Of a DNA stretch of 64,000 bases, positions 10,576-18,229 are shown piece after piece. The position numbers and the translations under genes are program-made. The notes beneath the pieces were generated by a model that worked only from the letters and a program-made list of their open reading frames with translations, made no database searches and was not told the origin of the DNA. Position 1 is the first letter of the stretch, and every line of letters begins with the position of its first letter. The DNA is from an uncultured cyanobacterium (GTDB taxonomy: Bacteria > Cyanobacteriota > Cyanobacteriia > PCC-9006 > JAAUQQ01). The stretch covers positions 4,702,524-4,766,523 of the forward strand of contig OY970368.1 in NCBI GenBank assembly GCA_963718615.1, written 5' to 3'.

Positions 10576-11028
10576 ATGACACTCCCCATTGCCAACCTAA
10601 TCATCCCGACTTGGGCCCTCTACACTACCAGTGGGCTCTTTGGGTTCCCCGTGATGCTGATCTTGGTGTCAATAGCTGAATCTGCCATCCTCATCCGTCC
10701 CAACTACCCTCACCACTCAGTCCCTCGCATCTTGGCTATGGTAACCATCGCCAATGCCGCCTCCACCATGGTCGGGATCCTCATCCTCGCCATGGCAAAT
10801 CCTCAACCACCCAGATCAGGTGATGCCGTCCTCGTACAAATCATCACGGCACCGACCATTATGGCCATATGCGCAATGTGCCTTGCCTCCTTCATCATTG
10901 AGGCCCTTGTCCTCTTCCCCACCCTGCCCAAGGCACCCAAGCTAGACCTGATCGTCTACATACTCTTTGCCAATATTGTCTCATACTCGGCCTTCTACCT
11001 CATCGTCTTTTGGATCGAATTGTTTTGA
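10576..11028 (+). CDS. Hypothetical integral membrane protein (about 4 TM)
   Basis: 150 aa, strongly hydrophobic, with no recognised family. It abuts the recombinase fragment. Confidence 0.4.
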   Translation: MTLPIANLIIPTWALYTTSGLFGFPVMLILVSIAESAILIRPNYPHHSVPRILAMVTIANAASTMVGILILAMANPQPPRSGDAVLVQIITAPTIMAICAMCLASFIIEALVLFPTLPKAPKLDLIVYILFANIVSYSAFYLIVFWIELF

Positions 11029-11080
11029 GAAATTTTTCCCAATTGAATCCTCTCCTTATCCCTTCAACCCCGTATCCAAA

Positions 11081-11320
11081 TTAACGTGAAGGCTTTGCCC
11101 GAAGGGCCTGAACATTTTCAAGTGGCTGTTGAAAAATCTCACGATAGAGAAATAAAACTGCACTTTCGGTCACGCCCATGTCCTTGGGATGTCGCTTGTT
11201 GTGAAACAGAATGTAACGCCGAATCCACTGAACGTAAGTTTGCTCTGTTTTGTAGGAATAGTGATTGAGTCGTAGGGCTACACGGACTTGATCTAGAAGC
11301 TTGGGGGGCTGGGATTGCAT
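11081..11320 (-). pseudogene. Integron-type tyrosine recombinase (IntI-like) N-terminal fragment, internally deleted and truncated
   Basis: LLDQVRVALRLNHYSYKTEQTYVQWIRRYILFHNKRHPKDMGVTE aligns with IntI1 [45 protein letters not shown] (Phage_int_SAM_4-type N-terminal domain). ...FLYREIFQQPLENVQALRAKPSR then aligns with IntI1 ...[24 protein letters not shown], skipping about 22 residues. A stop follows PSR and the catalytic domain is absent in every frame. Confidence 0.7.
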
Positions 11321-11415
11321 GGGAGCCGAGGATGAAGCCTCTGGGTTCCCTGACTCGGTGGTGAAGATTTTGTAATTTTCTACGCTGACTCAAATGGGGT
11401 GATTATACTGAGACA

Positions 11416-11650
11416 TGCCTGATAATACCTGTGTAGGGATGTTATCCGGCAGCGGTGCCGGGATAACGCCTAGAAATGGGTTGTTATCACGCACCTTCGC
11501 CTGATAATACCCAACCAGGGATGTTATCCAGCATGATTGCCTGGATAACTGGCTAAGACTGGGGATTATACGGCGTTGGCGCTTGAGAATACCCGGAGGA
11601 GGGAGTTATCAGGCATCGTGCATGAGAATAAGTTGTTATGCCGCTGAGTT
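11416..11650. repeat. Array of structured direct and inverted repeats next to the recombinase 5' end (att-like region)
   Basis: An approximately 85-bp unit occurs twice: gcctgataatacc-N7-gggatgttatcc-N12-ggataac(g/t). Further diverged copies occur once inverted (gagttatcaggc) and once as gttgttat(c/g)(a/c)cgc. The motif TATCAGG/CCTGATA recurs at 14265-14300. Confidence 0.5.
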
Positions 11651-11819
11651 TCTGGTGGAGACATAGCCGCAATATTGCTTACTGGTGTCCGATATCAAGT
11701 TGCTTTGAGACAACGCAAATCGAGAGTTGCCTTAAAAGTAGAAAGCTCAAAAACCTTCTACATTGTCTATGCCGTTGAGTTATGTTATTACCAAGCAATT
11801 CATAAGTAATTAAAGAGAC

Positions 11820-12154
11820 ATGACAACCCTGCTTGTTCTTGGCAATATTAATCAGTTTACATTTGCAAACTCTGTAATCGCAGCTAACGCCAAGGCTGAG
11901 GAAATATTTGAGCAGGGTCTAACAAATATATTTGTTGTGCATTCAAGAGACTCCTATACCAAGCTAAAGAGTAATGAAGATTGGGTAGATCATGCAGAGG
12001 CAAATGGTGTAAGCCGAGAATTATTTGTTGATAAAATTGTTGAGATCACAGCAGAAGATGACTCAATTAAAAGATTCGTTGATTATATTGAGGGTAGTGC
12101 CTTTAGCTGGGGGATGAGTATGGTGTGGCCATTAGAGAAAGAAAAAGCAAACTG
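11820..12154 (+). pseudogene. 5' fragment of an AT-rich gene interrupted by the IS1-family element
   Basis: The ORF MTTLLVLGNINQF...SAFSWGMSMVWPLEKEKANW runs into the IS left inverted repeat. The tail after that is IS-derived sequence. It has the same strand and AT-rich composition as the ORF downstream of the IS. Confidence 0.4.
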
Positions 12155-12180
12155 GGTAAGACCCTTCTGTGCCAATTGCG

Positions 12181-12492
12181 ATGACTCAAGAGCTGCTTCA
12201 TTGTCCTAACTGTCTATCTGAAGATATCAGCCGTAACGGCTTCAACGATCGCGGTACTCAAAGCTATAAATGTCGAGATTGCCATCGCCGGTTTGTCCTG
12301 ACTCCGAAATCCCTTCCCTTGAGCGATGAAGAGATAGCCTTGCTCGAACGTTTATTGCTTGAAAGGCTAGCCATCGCTGGAATTGCTCGGGTGATGCAGC
12401 GCTCCGAGAGCTGCATTCAGACCTACGTCAACGCCAAAGCTAAAACCGTTGCTCGGGAGGTGGAAGTGACGAAGAAAGTAAAAAAGCTCTGA
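12181..12492 (+). CDS. insA: IS1-family transposase InsA (zinc-finger/HTH)
   Basis: MTQELLHCPNCLSEDISRNGFNDRGTQSYKCRDCHRRFVLTP... with a C4 zinc finger. Confidence 0.75.
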   Translation: MTQELLHCPNCLSEDISRNGFNDRGTQSYKCRDCHRRFVLTPKSLPLSDEEIALLERLLLERLAIAGIARVMQRSESCIQTYVNAKAKTVAREVEVTKKVKKL

Positions 12493-12500
12493 CGGTCCAG

Positions 12501-12941
12501 ATGGACGAACTCTGGTCGTTCGTGGACCATAAAGGAAATAAACAGTGGGTTTGGATTGCTCTAGATGCGGACACTCGCGAAATCATTGGCCTTTATATCG
12601 GGGACCGAAGTGCTAAATCTGCCGAAGCTTTATGGCGGTCTCTACCGGGAGTGTACCGCCAATGTGCAGTCATCTACACCGATTATTGGGAGAGCTATGC
12701 CTGTGTGCTTCCTAGCCAACGCCACCGAGCGGTTGGGAAAGAAAGCGGGCTGACGAGCTACATCGAGAGGTTCAACTGCACCCTGCGGCAAAGGGTGTCG
12801 CGCTTGGTCCGAAAGGCGCTCTCGTTTTCAAAGAAACAAGAGAACCACGAGGCTGCGATCTGGAATTTCGTTCACCATTACAACCAGCAATTGCGCCTTA
12901 AGCAGGCTCATACCGCTTCATTCTCTCCAGCACCCACATAA
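12501..12941 (+). CDS. insB: IS1-family transposase InsB (catalytic domain; normally made as an InsAB frameshift fusion)
   Basis: MDELWSFVDHKGNKQWVWIALDADTREIIGLYIGDRS... with the DELWSFV motif diagnostic of IS1 InsB. The frame is -1 relative to insA. Confidence 0.8.
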   Translation: MDELWSFVDHKGNKQWVWIALDADTREIIGLYIGDRSAKSAEALWRSLPGVYRQCAVIYTDYWESYACVLPSQRHRAVGKESGLTSYIERFNCTLRQRVSRLVRKALSFSKKQENHEAAIWNFVHHYNQQLRLKQAHTASFSPAPT

Positions 12942-13098
12942 TTGGACTACCTATATTGAGTTTATTTTAAAAGGTATCCCAAATGGATCAAGACTTATCG
13001 TTGATATTACAAATGGGACTTCATTACAAAAAAATCTACTCTCAATAGCTTCTTATATCCTTGACATAAAAAATCAATACACGATCGATGTTTCCAAG

Positions 13099-14145
13099 TT
13101 GTTTGAACTAACTAAAGAAAGAGGCTTTCTGCCAACTGATATTTTGCTATCCTGCTATGCCCCAGTTCCTGATAGCACTAGACTTGATGGCATCGCCTAT
13201 CTAAATCTGTCAGAAATGGTACGCTACAGGAAAATTATAGAATCTCATACTAACAAGTATGTAGCCATAGATCCAAGTTCCTCTGATAGAGAGTTTTTCA
13301 AGGATAACTTGGGTCATTCTATTCAGTTAAAGTTACAAGGAGATCAAAGCAAAGATAACGCTATATATCGCATAGCGGCTTCATCAATTTCGGCAAGCGT
13401 GGAGGATCTAATTCGTCTTCTGGTGAGCAAATTTATCCTAGCTGATACTCCTGATGGAGTAGATCGCAAAACTTTTGGGCAAAAACTCAAAATTATTCAA
13501 GCCAAAATTGAGAAAGATGCGCCGTCTGACTTTGATATAGAGTTTTTTAGCAAGTTCAATGATTTCATTTTGTACTTGAGAAATAGTTCCACACATAAAG
13601 GTAAGCTTTTAACTGACTTGGAGAAGTTCAAGGCAGAGCTTTCTGTCAAAATGGCTTTTCCCTTTATTGAATTTTATACAGATATCGTGCATCCTTTGCT
13701 ATCAAGTGGTGAGCTTTCTAGAGAGCCAAAGCATATGAAAAAATTAACGTATGCTGATATAGCACCAGGAGACACCTTGTATTATGGGTTGGACGGAGAT
13801 GATACAGGAAAGATATTAGAAGAACTTTTTCTTGCCTGTAGCGATGAATCTAGCTTTCGGAAATTGAGCAAAGATGTAGCAAATGCGATTTCAAAAATTT
13901 CTAGATTTGTTACTGATAAGCTTGGTAAGAATGCAATTGTATTTGAGGCGGGTGACGATCTTTTGTTCAAGGGAAATTTTCAAGAAGATATGCTTTTGGA
14001 AATGCAAGCTATGTATTCACAATTAACACCTGGGCTAACGTGTTCAATTGGTTATGGGCGATCATTTCAAGAGGTATATTTAGCATTAAAACTCGCAAAG
14101 ACCCAGCCAGGTAAAAATGCTATTGTTGGAATTGAGCTTTGCTGA
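13099..14145 (+). CDS. Predicted HEPN-like (Rx4H) domain fused to minimal GGDEF/Cas10-like palm cyclase (mCpol-like); N-terminus truncated by IS1
   Basis: The C-terminal 150 aa carry YYGLDGDDTG (acidic metal-binding strand), FEAGDDLLF (aligns with GGDEF RYGGEEFVV and GGDD of Cas10) and LTCSIGYG (SxG strand). The N-terminal helical part has LRNSSTHKG (R-x4-H). The track start is a TTG; the frame is open for a further 147 nt back to the IS end at 12952 with no ATG. The region is AT-rich. Confidence 0.5.
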   Translation: MFELTKERGFLPTDILLSCYAPVPDSTRLDGIAYLNLSEMVRYRKIIESHTNKYVAIDPSSSDREFFKDNLGHSIQLKLQGDQSKDNAIYRIAASSISASVEDLIRLLVSKFILADTPDGVDRKTFGQKLKIIQAKIEKDAPSDFDIEFFSKFNDFILYLRNSSTHKGKLLTDLEKFKAELSVKMAFPFIEFYTDIVHPLLSSGELSREPKHMKKLTYADIAPGDTLYYGLDGDDTGKILEELFLACSDESSFRKLSKDVANAISKISRFVTDKLGKNAIVFEAGDDLLFKGNFQEDMLLEMQAMYSQLTPGLTCSIGYGRSFQEVYLALKLAKTQPGKNAIVGIELC

Positions 14146-14389
14146 GCTTGTCGCAGCATAACATAGGCCCTGAGCCGGACGGGGTCAATAGAGAAGATAA
14201 AAAATAACTCTGATGTAATGTCTGAGCGAATTGAAGCCAGCGCAAACCACCTGATAGTCAGTTTTGAGTATCAGCCGAACTGAGCTATCAGAGCCATCTT
14301 CGTATTTTTCGTATTCGATTGGTTCAAAACCTAAAGCAGTTCAATCGAGCAACAAAATAGAGACCTAAGCCGGTAAAAGAGCGACCAAA

Positions 14390-14790
14390 GGAGAGTTTTT
14401 GCGCCGGAGAGCAGCGAGATACTTTTCCTCATCATAAGGAGTCCTATCCTGCCAACACCGCCAAAGAATCCGACCCCCTTTATACGCCAAAGCACGAATA
14501 GCCTTTTGATGGGATTTACCCGCCAGTCGTTTTTGTTGATAAAATGCCTGTGACCAGACCGAGCGAGACCGAGCATGGGTGACCCACTCGACAAAAGTTT
14601 GCCTCAGAAAGATAGGACAAGACCAACGCCAATGGACCCAACGTTGCTTGCCAATTTCCTCCGCCTGAGGGGTGGCCTGAATAGTGGATTGTGCCCAGGT
14701 CTCATTCTGGCAATCGTAGAGAGCAATATCATGTTTGCGGTCTGTCCAATCAATGCCGATATAGGCAGCATAAACGGTTGTGAAGAGATT
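14390..14790 (-). pseudogene. IS110-family (DEDD) transposase relic
   Basis: Minus-strand translation gives YIGIDWTDRKHDIALYDCQNETWAQ...FYQQKRLAGKSHQKAIRALAYKGGRILWRCWQDRTPYDEEKYLAALRR. This joins an IS110 N-terminal IGIDxxK motif to a C-terminal Transposase_20-like tail. The middle is missing and there is no start codon. Confidence 0.45.
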
Positions 14791-15430
14791 AGGTCAAAGG
14801 TCTTTCCCTGCTCCCTGAGGATTCGTTAGGCAGCGAGCGGATGGGCTGGACGGGCGATTCGATTGGTTAGTAGTCATCTTCTGACTGGCGCTGCATAGTC
14901 GTCCCGACAATCTGGCAGATGCTCTCCTTTCTTGACTTTATGCGCTTCTGTCAAATTCGCGCATGGGAGAGGGATGAGCGATTCGGTATGTTCGTAGACA
15001 TCCTCTGTGTCGTCCAATGCATAGTCGTCTCTTCCTGGTTCTTCTTCCCCGTCCCCCATAAAGTCGATGAAGCGGACGGTTGGAAGATTTATTTTTGCGG
15101 GGATGCTGAGGTTGCCTGCCGCCGCTTGTCTTGGTCGTTAGACCGACAAAGCAAGATAGAGAAACAAGCAAGAGAATTTGAGTTTTCCGGTGTTGGAGAC
15201 AGTCTTGTGGCAGAATCAGCAGAACGCAATCAAGAAACTTCACCGACAAACTTGCAACGATCGCTGAATCAGAAACATGAAAAAGCCTTAGGGGACAAGC
15301 TGTATCAGACAGAAAGAAATAGATTCTTGTCAGTTCGTTCCCTGACCTTCTCACACTGCGCGTGTTTCCGCCCATCAGCATAGTTAATTAGGGTAAAATG
15401 AGAGGGCTGAGTTGAAATGAGGTCAAGCCT

Positions 15431-15703
15431 ATGACAGTTCGCCAACGACGGTATAGCAAGGAAGAGTTAGCCCGACGCGGACAAGAACTCTATGAGTCTG
15501 GAATTCGGCAGCAGGTTGAAGCCGGTAACGATGGAAAAATTGTGGCGATCGACATTGAAACCGGAGAGTTTGAGGTTGATGAAACGGTCATGGGTGCGAC
15601 CGATCGGCTATTTGAACGCCTGCCTGATGCTCAACCTTGGACGCTGCGAATCGGACACAGCGCCGTCTATCATTTTGGAGCGAGGAGTCTGAAGAAAGAT
15701 TAA
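15431..15703 (+). CDS. Small conserved protein, upstream partner of a retropepsin-like protease
   Basis: 90 aa (...GKIVAIDIETGEFEVDETVMGATDRLFERLP...). Its stop overlaps the next start as TAATG. Confidence 0.5.
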   Translation: MTVRQRRYSKEELARRGQELYESGIRQQVEAGNDGKIVAIDIETGEFEVDETVMGATDRLFERLPDAQPWTLRIGHSAVYHFGARSLKKD

Positions 15704-16071
15704 TGATTCGTGGAGTGGTTAATTTTCGCTATGAACTCATGCTTCCCCTTGTAGTCGGGAACTCGAATGGACAACGAGAGTTCGTCAATACCGTAATCGA
15801 TACTGGATTTGATGGGTTCTTGTCCTTGCCCTCTGAAATAATTGCTCGTCTTGAATTGCCTTGGAGGACTTCCAATATCGCGACCTTGGGAGATGGTAGC
15901 AAAACCCTGTTTGACTTTTACACCGGAACCGTCATCTGGGATGGTCAATATCGCTCGATCGACATTGCTGAATCAGAGACGGAACCCCTGCTAGGACTGG
16001 CAATACTTCGCGGATATCGATTGCAGGTCGATAATGTTGAGGGAGGTATCGTCGAGATTGATGCACTGTGA
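15703..16071 (+). CDS. Retropepsin-like (clan AA) aspartic protease
   Basis: MIRGVVNFRYELMLPLVVGNSNGQREFVNTVIDTGFDGFLSLP... with the D-T-G catalytic motif and retropepsin size. The start is at the ATG of TAATG; the track ORF starts at an out-of-context upstream Met. Confidence 0.65.
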   Translation: MIRGVVNFRYELMLPLVVGNSNGQREFVNTVIDTGFDGFLSLPSEIIARLELPWRTSNIATLGDGSKTLFDFYTGTVIWDGQYRSIDIAESETEPLLGLAILRGYRLQVDNVEGGIVEIDAL

Positions 16072-16273
16072 TTGTGTGCGAGAGTGATCGGTGAGGCGCG
16101 GTCTAACAATGCGATGGAGCGGCGAATAAAGTTTTTTCGCTTCGTTTCGGTTCTACTTGTCGCTGCTCATCTTCACCGTTGTGCCGCTGGTTTAAGGTGT
16201 TACTGTTTCTGAAGATTGATCGGTCACCTGCGAGAATTAATTACACATCGTTAGCTATATTGAAAGCACTTTT

Positions 16274-16816
16274 ATGTTAAAAGCTGGAAGGCTTACGACT
16301 TGGAAGGATGATCGTGGTTTTGGGTTTATCGAACCTGAAGATGGCAGCAAAGCCGTCTTCCTTCACGTCAGCGAAGTCAAGAATTTGAGTCGTCGTCCGC
16401 AGACTGGTGACACAGTTTTTTACGAGCCACGGGTTGAGAACAATGGGAAAGTGCGTGCAACTAAGGTCTCGATTCAAGGCGTTGCACCTCGAAGCATTAC
16501 ACCTCGAAATCAGCCTGTAGGTGGTCGGTTTCAACAGCGAATTGTCGAAACTGCCATCGCACTTGCCTTACTAATAGCGATTGTGGCTGTGGGCAGCCGA
16601 TTTGTGCCAAGCCGCTCTCCATCTCCTATAGCCGCAGTGACCAAGCCGAACTGCCAGATTAAAGGAAATATTTCGGTTTCATCGGGCAACAAGATTTATC
16701 ACCTGCCAGGGATGGAAGACTATGCATCGACTGTAATTGATGAAGGCGCTGGAGAGCAGTGGTTTTGTTCTGAGTCAGAGGCGATCGCGGCAGGGTGGAA
16801 GAAGGCTCCTCGCTAG
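16274..16816 (+). CDS. Cold-shock-domain protein with TM segment and conserved Cys-containing C-terminal domain
   Basis: N-terminus WKDDRGFGFIEPEDGSKAVFLHVSEV (CSD-like), a hydrophobic helix AIALALLIAIVAVG, and C-terminus CQIKGNISVSSGNKIYHLPGMEDYASTVIDEGAGEQWFCSESEAIAAGWKKA. Confidence 0.55.
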   Translation: MLKAGRLTTWKDDRGFGFIEPEDGSKAVFLHVSEVKNLSRRPQTGDTVFYEPRVENNGKVRATKVSIQGVAPRSITPRNQPVGGRFQQRIVETAIALALLIAIVAVGSRFVPSRSPSPIAAVTKPNCQIKGNISVSSGNKIYHLPGMEDYASTVIDEGAGEQWFCSESEAIAAGWKKAPR

Positions 16817-16925
16817 TTTCCGCAGCACAACAACGTTGTACCGTTGTACCGCTTCGTTTTAGGTTGTGGCGGTAAGCTAAAAATTACCGGGTTTCTCAAA
16901 TTCGTATTGACACTGTACATACGTC

Positions 16926-17240
16926 TTGTTTAGAATTATAGGCATGGACGTTTATTGTGTGCTGAATGGCATTACATTTATCTGGAATCCAGAAAAGGCC
17001 CGGATTAATCCAGTCAATCATGATGGGATTACCTTTCAGCAAGCGGCTGAGGCATTTTTTGATCCATTCCTGATTCTGGTTGATGCCAGTCGCAACGATG
17101 AAGCAAGAGATGCCGTGATTGGCCTGGATACACGCTATAACTTGCTTTATGTCGTGCATATTGAGCAAGAGGGTGATTGTATTCGGATTATTTCTGCGCG
17201 TAAAGCAACCCGACAAGAGAGGATGAACTATGAAAGTTGA
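16926..17240 (+). CDS. brnT: BrnT-family ribonuclease toxin (DUF497)
   Basis: ITFIWNPEKARINPVNHDGITFQQAAEAFFDPF...RIISARKATRQER matches the BrnT pattern FxWDxxKAxxNxxKHGVxFxEA...RIISARKA. The start may be the internal Met at 16944. Confidence 0.7.
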   Translation: MFRIIGMDVYCVLNGITFIWNPEKARINPVNHDGITFQQAAEAFFDPFLILVDASRNDEARDAVIGLDTRYNLLYVVHIEQEGDCIRIISARKATRQERMNYES

Positions 17241-17523
17241 AGCCTTAAAGAAAAGATTGGATAAGAATCGACCTATGAGCAGCGTAACGATTCGGATGCC
17301 GGAAGATGTCGTGGAAGACTTGAAGCGAGTTGCGCCATTGTTAGGCTTTTCTGGATATCAGCCATTGATTCGGGCTTACATCGGCCAGGGATTACGTGCT
17401 GACTTGGAGCGATTTGAAGGTGAGATGGTGAGTGCGTTGATTGCCAGCTTGAAGCGACGGGGTGTGAGCGATACCGTAATTGATGAAGCGTTGAGAGAGG
17501 TTGTGCCAGCGGTAGCCAGTTAA
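17230..17523 (+). CDS. brnA: BrnA-family antitoxin
   Basis: 97 aa (MKVEALKKRLDKNRPMSSVTIRMPEDVVEDLKRVAPLLGFSGYQPLIRAYI...). It overlaps brnT by 11 nt and has the BrnA-type CopG-like fold signature. Confidence 0.7.
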   Translation: MKVEALKKRLDKNRPMSSVTIRMPEDVVEDLKRVAPLLGFSGYQPLIRAYIGQGLRADLERFEGEMVSALIASLKRRGVSDTVIDEALREVVPAVAS

Positions 17524-17749
17524 TCTGTGTTTACCAGCAGTACAACAACTTGGATGCAGCGGACTCGCAGGATTGATCACTAATGGACGTAGCGTAGCTT
17601 CGAGCCGCTGATCAAAAACGTTAGTGTTCAAAATCACGAAGCAACAACGCAAGTTTGAGCTTGTGCATGAGATTTAGATTTCACTACAATTTCCACATCT
17701 CGCCCCAAAGCATTGAGAAAGCGAAAGAATCGTGCGGTCGAAAAACCTG

Positions 17750-18001
17750 CTAGTGTTCCTTGGTTCGTTTCAGTCTTGCTTCGATCAGGTCAATATCCTG
17801 CCTAGGCGTAGCAATCCCTTGCTTTGATTTTTTCTGGAAAGCATGTAAGACGTAGACCCCTCCAGCCAGTTTTACCGTGTAGACGGCTCGATATCCCTTC
17901 CGGCTCAGGCCAGTGGAAAAGGCATGTTGCCTCGGTGTTCCCAGCTTTAACAGGTTGCTGATACGAGTCCTTGGTCTCCGCAACTGTTTCCAGTAACACA
18001 T
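17750..18001 (-). CDS. RelE/ParE-superfamily toxin (HigB/Gp49-like), apparently orphan
   Basis: ...GYRAVYTVKLAGGVYVLHAFQKKSKQGIATPRQDIDLIEARLKR matches the conserved C-terminal core of Gp49/HigB-like toxins. No HTH antitoxin ORF lies downstream; only a 15-codon remnant, MHKLKLALLLRDFEH. Confidence 0.6.
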   Translation of the reverse strand: MCYWKQLRRPRTRISNLLKLGTPRQHAFSTGLSRKGYRAVYTVKLAGGVYVLHAFQKKSKQGIATPRQDIDLIEARLKRTKEH

Positions 18002-18229
18002 CCGGATCCGTCGTCTTGAAAAATCACTCCCAGATATTCACGGTAGCGACAGACTTTTCTCTCCTTCATGATTTAATTCATTGAGCACATTGTGAAGCAG
18101 TTCGGGGGTCTTTGGTTGGCTCTGGGCAGAGAATTCGTAATTCCCGGTTCCCCCGGTGTTGATCGATAAAAGGAGGGCTGGCAGTGCATCTGTACAGCAT
18201 TCTTTCCACTTCCGCTGTCGTTCTGTCTG

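Larger units (their letters stand above)
12155..12951 (+). mobile_element. IS1-family insertion sequence (insA-insB)
   Basis: Imperfect terminal inverted repeats ggtaagacccttctgtg (left) and cacataattggactacc (right), about 12/20 matches, and a length of about 800 bp close to IS1. InsA has a zinc finger and InsB has the DELWSFV hallmark. No clean target-site duplication was found. Confidence 0.75.

Noticed and set aside
14919-15383. 154-aa plus ORF and 147-aa minus ORF at 14938-15381
   Set aside because: The two overlap each other on opposite strands in a region adjacent to the IS110 relic. Neither has recognisable motifs, so the region is treated as probable decayed or non-coding sequence.
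14146-17750. Canonical integron attC sites between cassette-like ORFs
   Set aside because: Only isolated RYYYAAC or GTT-like cores were seen (for example gtctaac at about 16111), without the paired inverse core and the L'/L'' bulged palindrome. They are therefore not called as attC.
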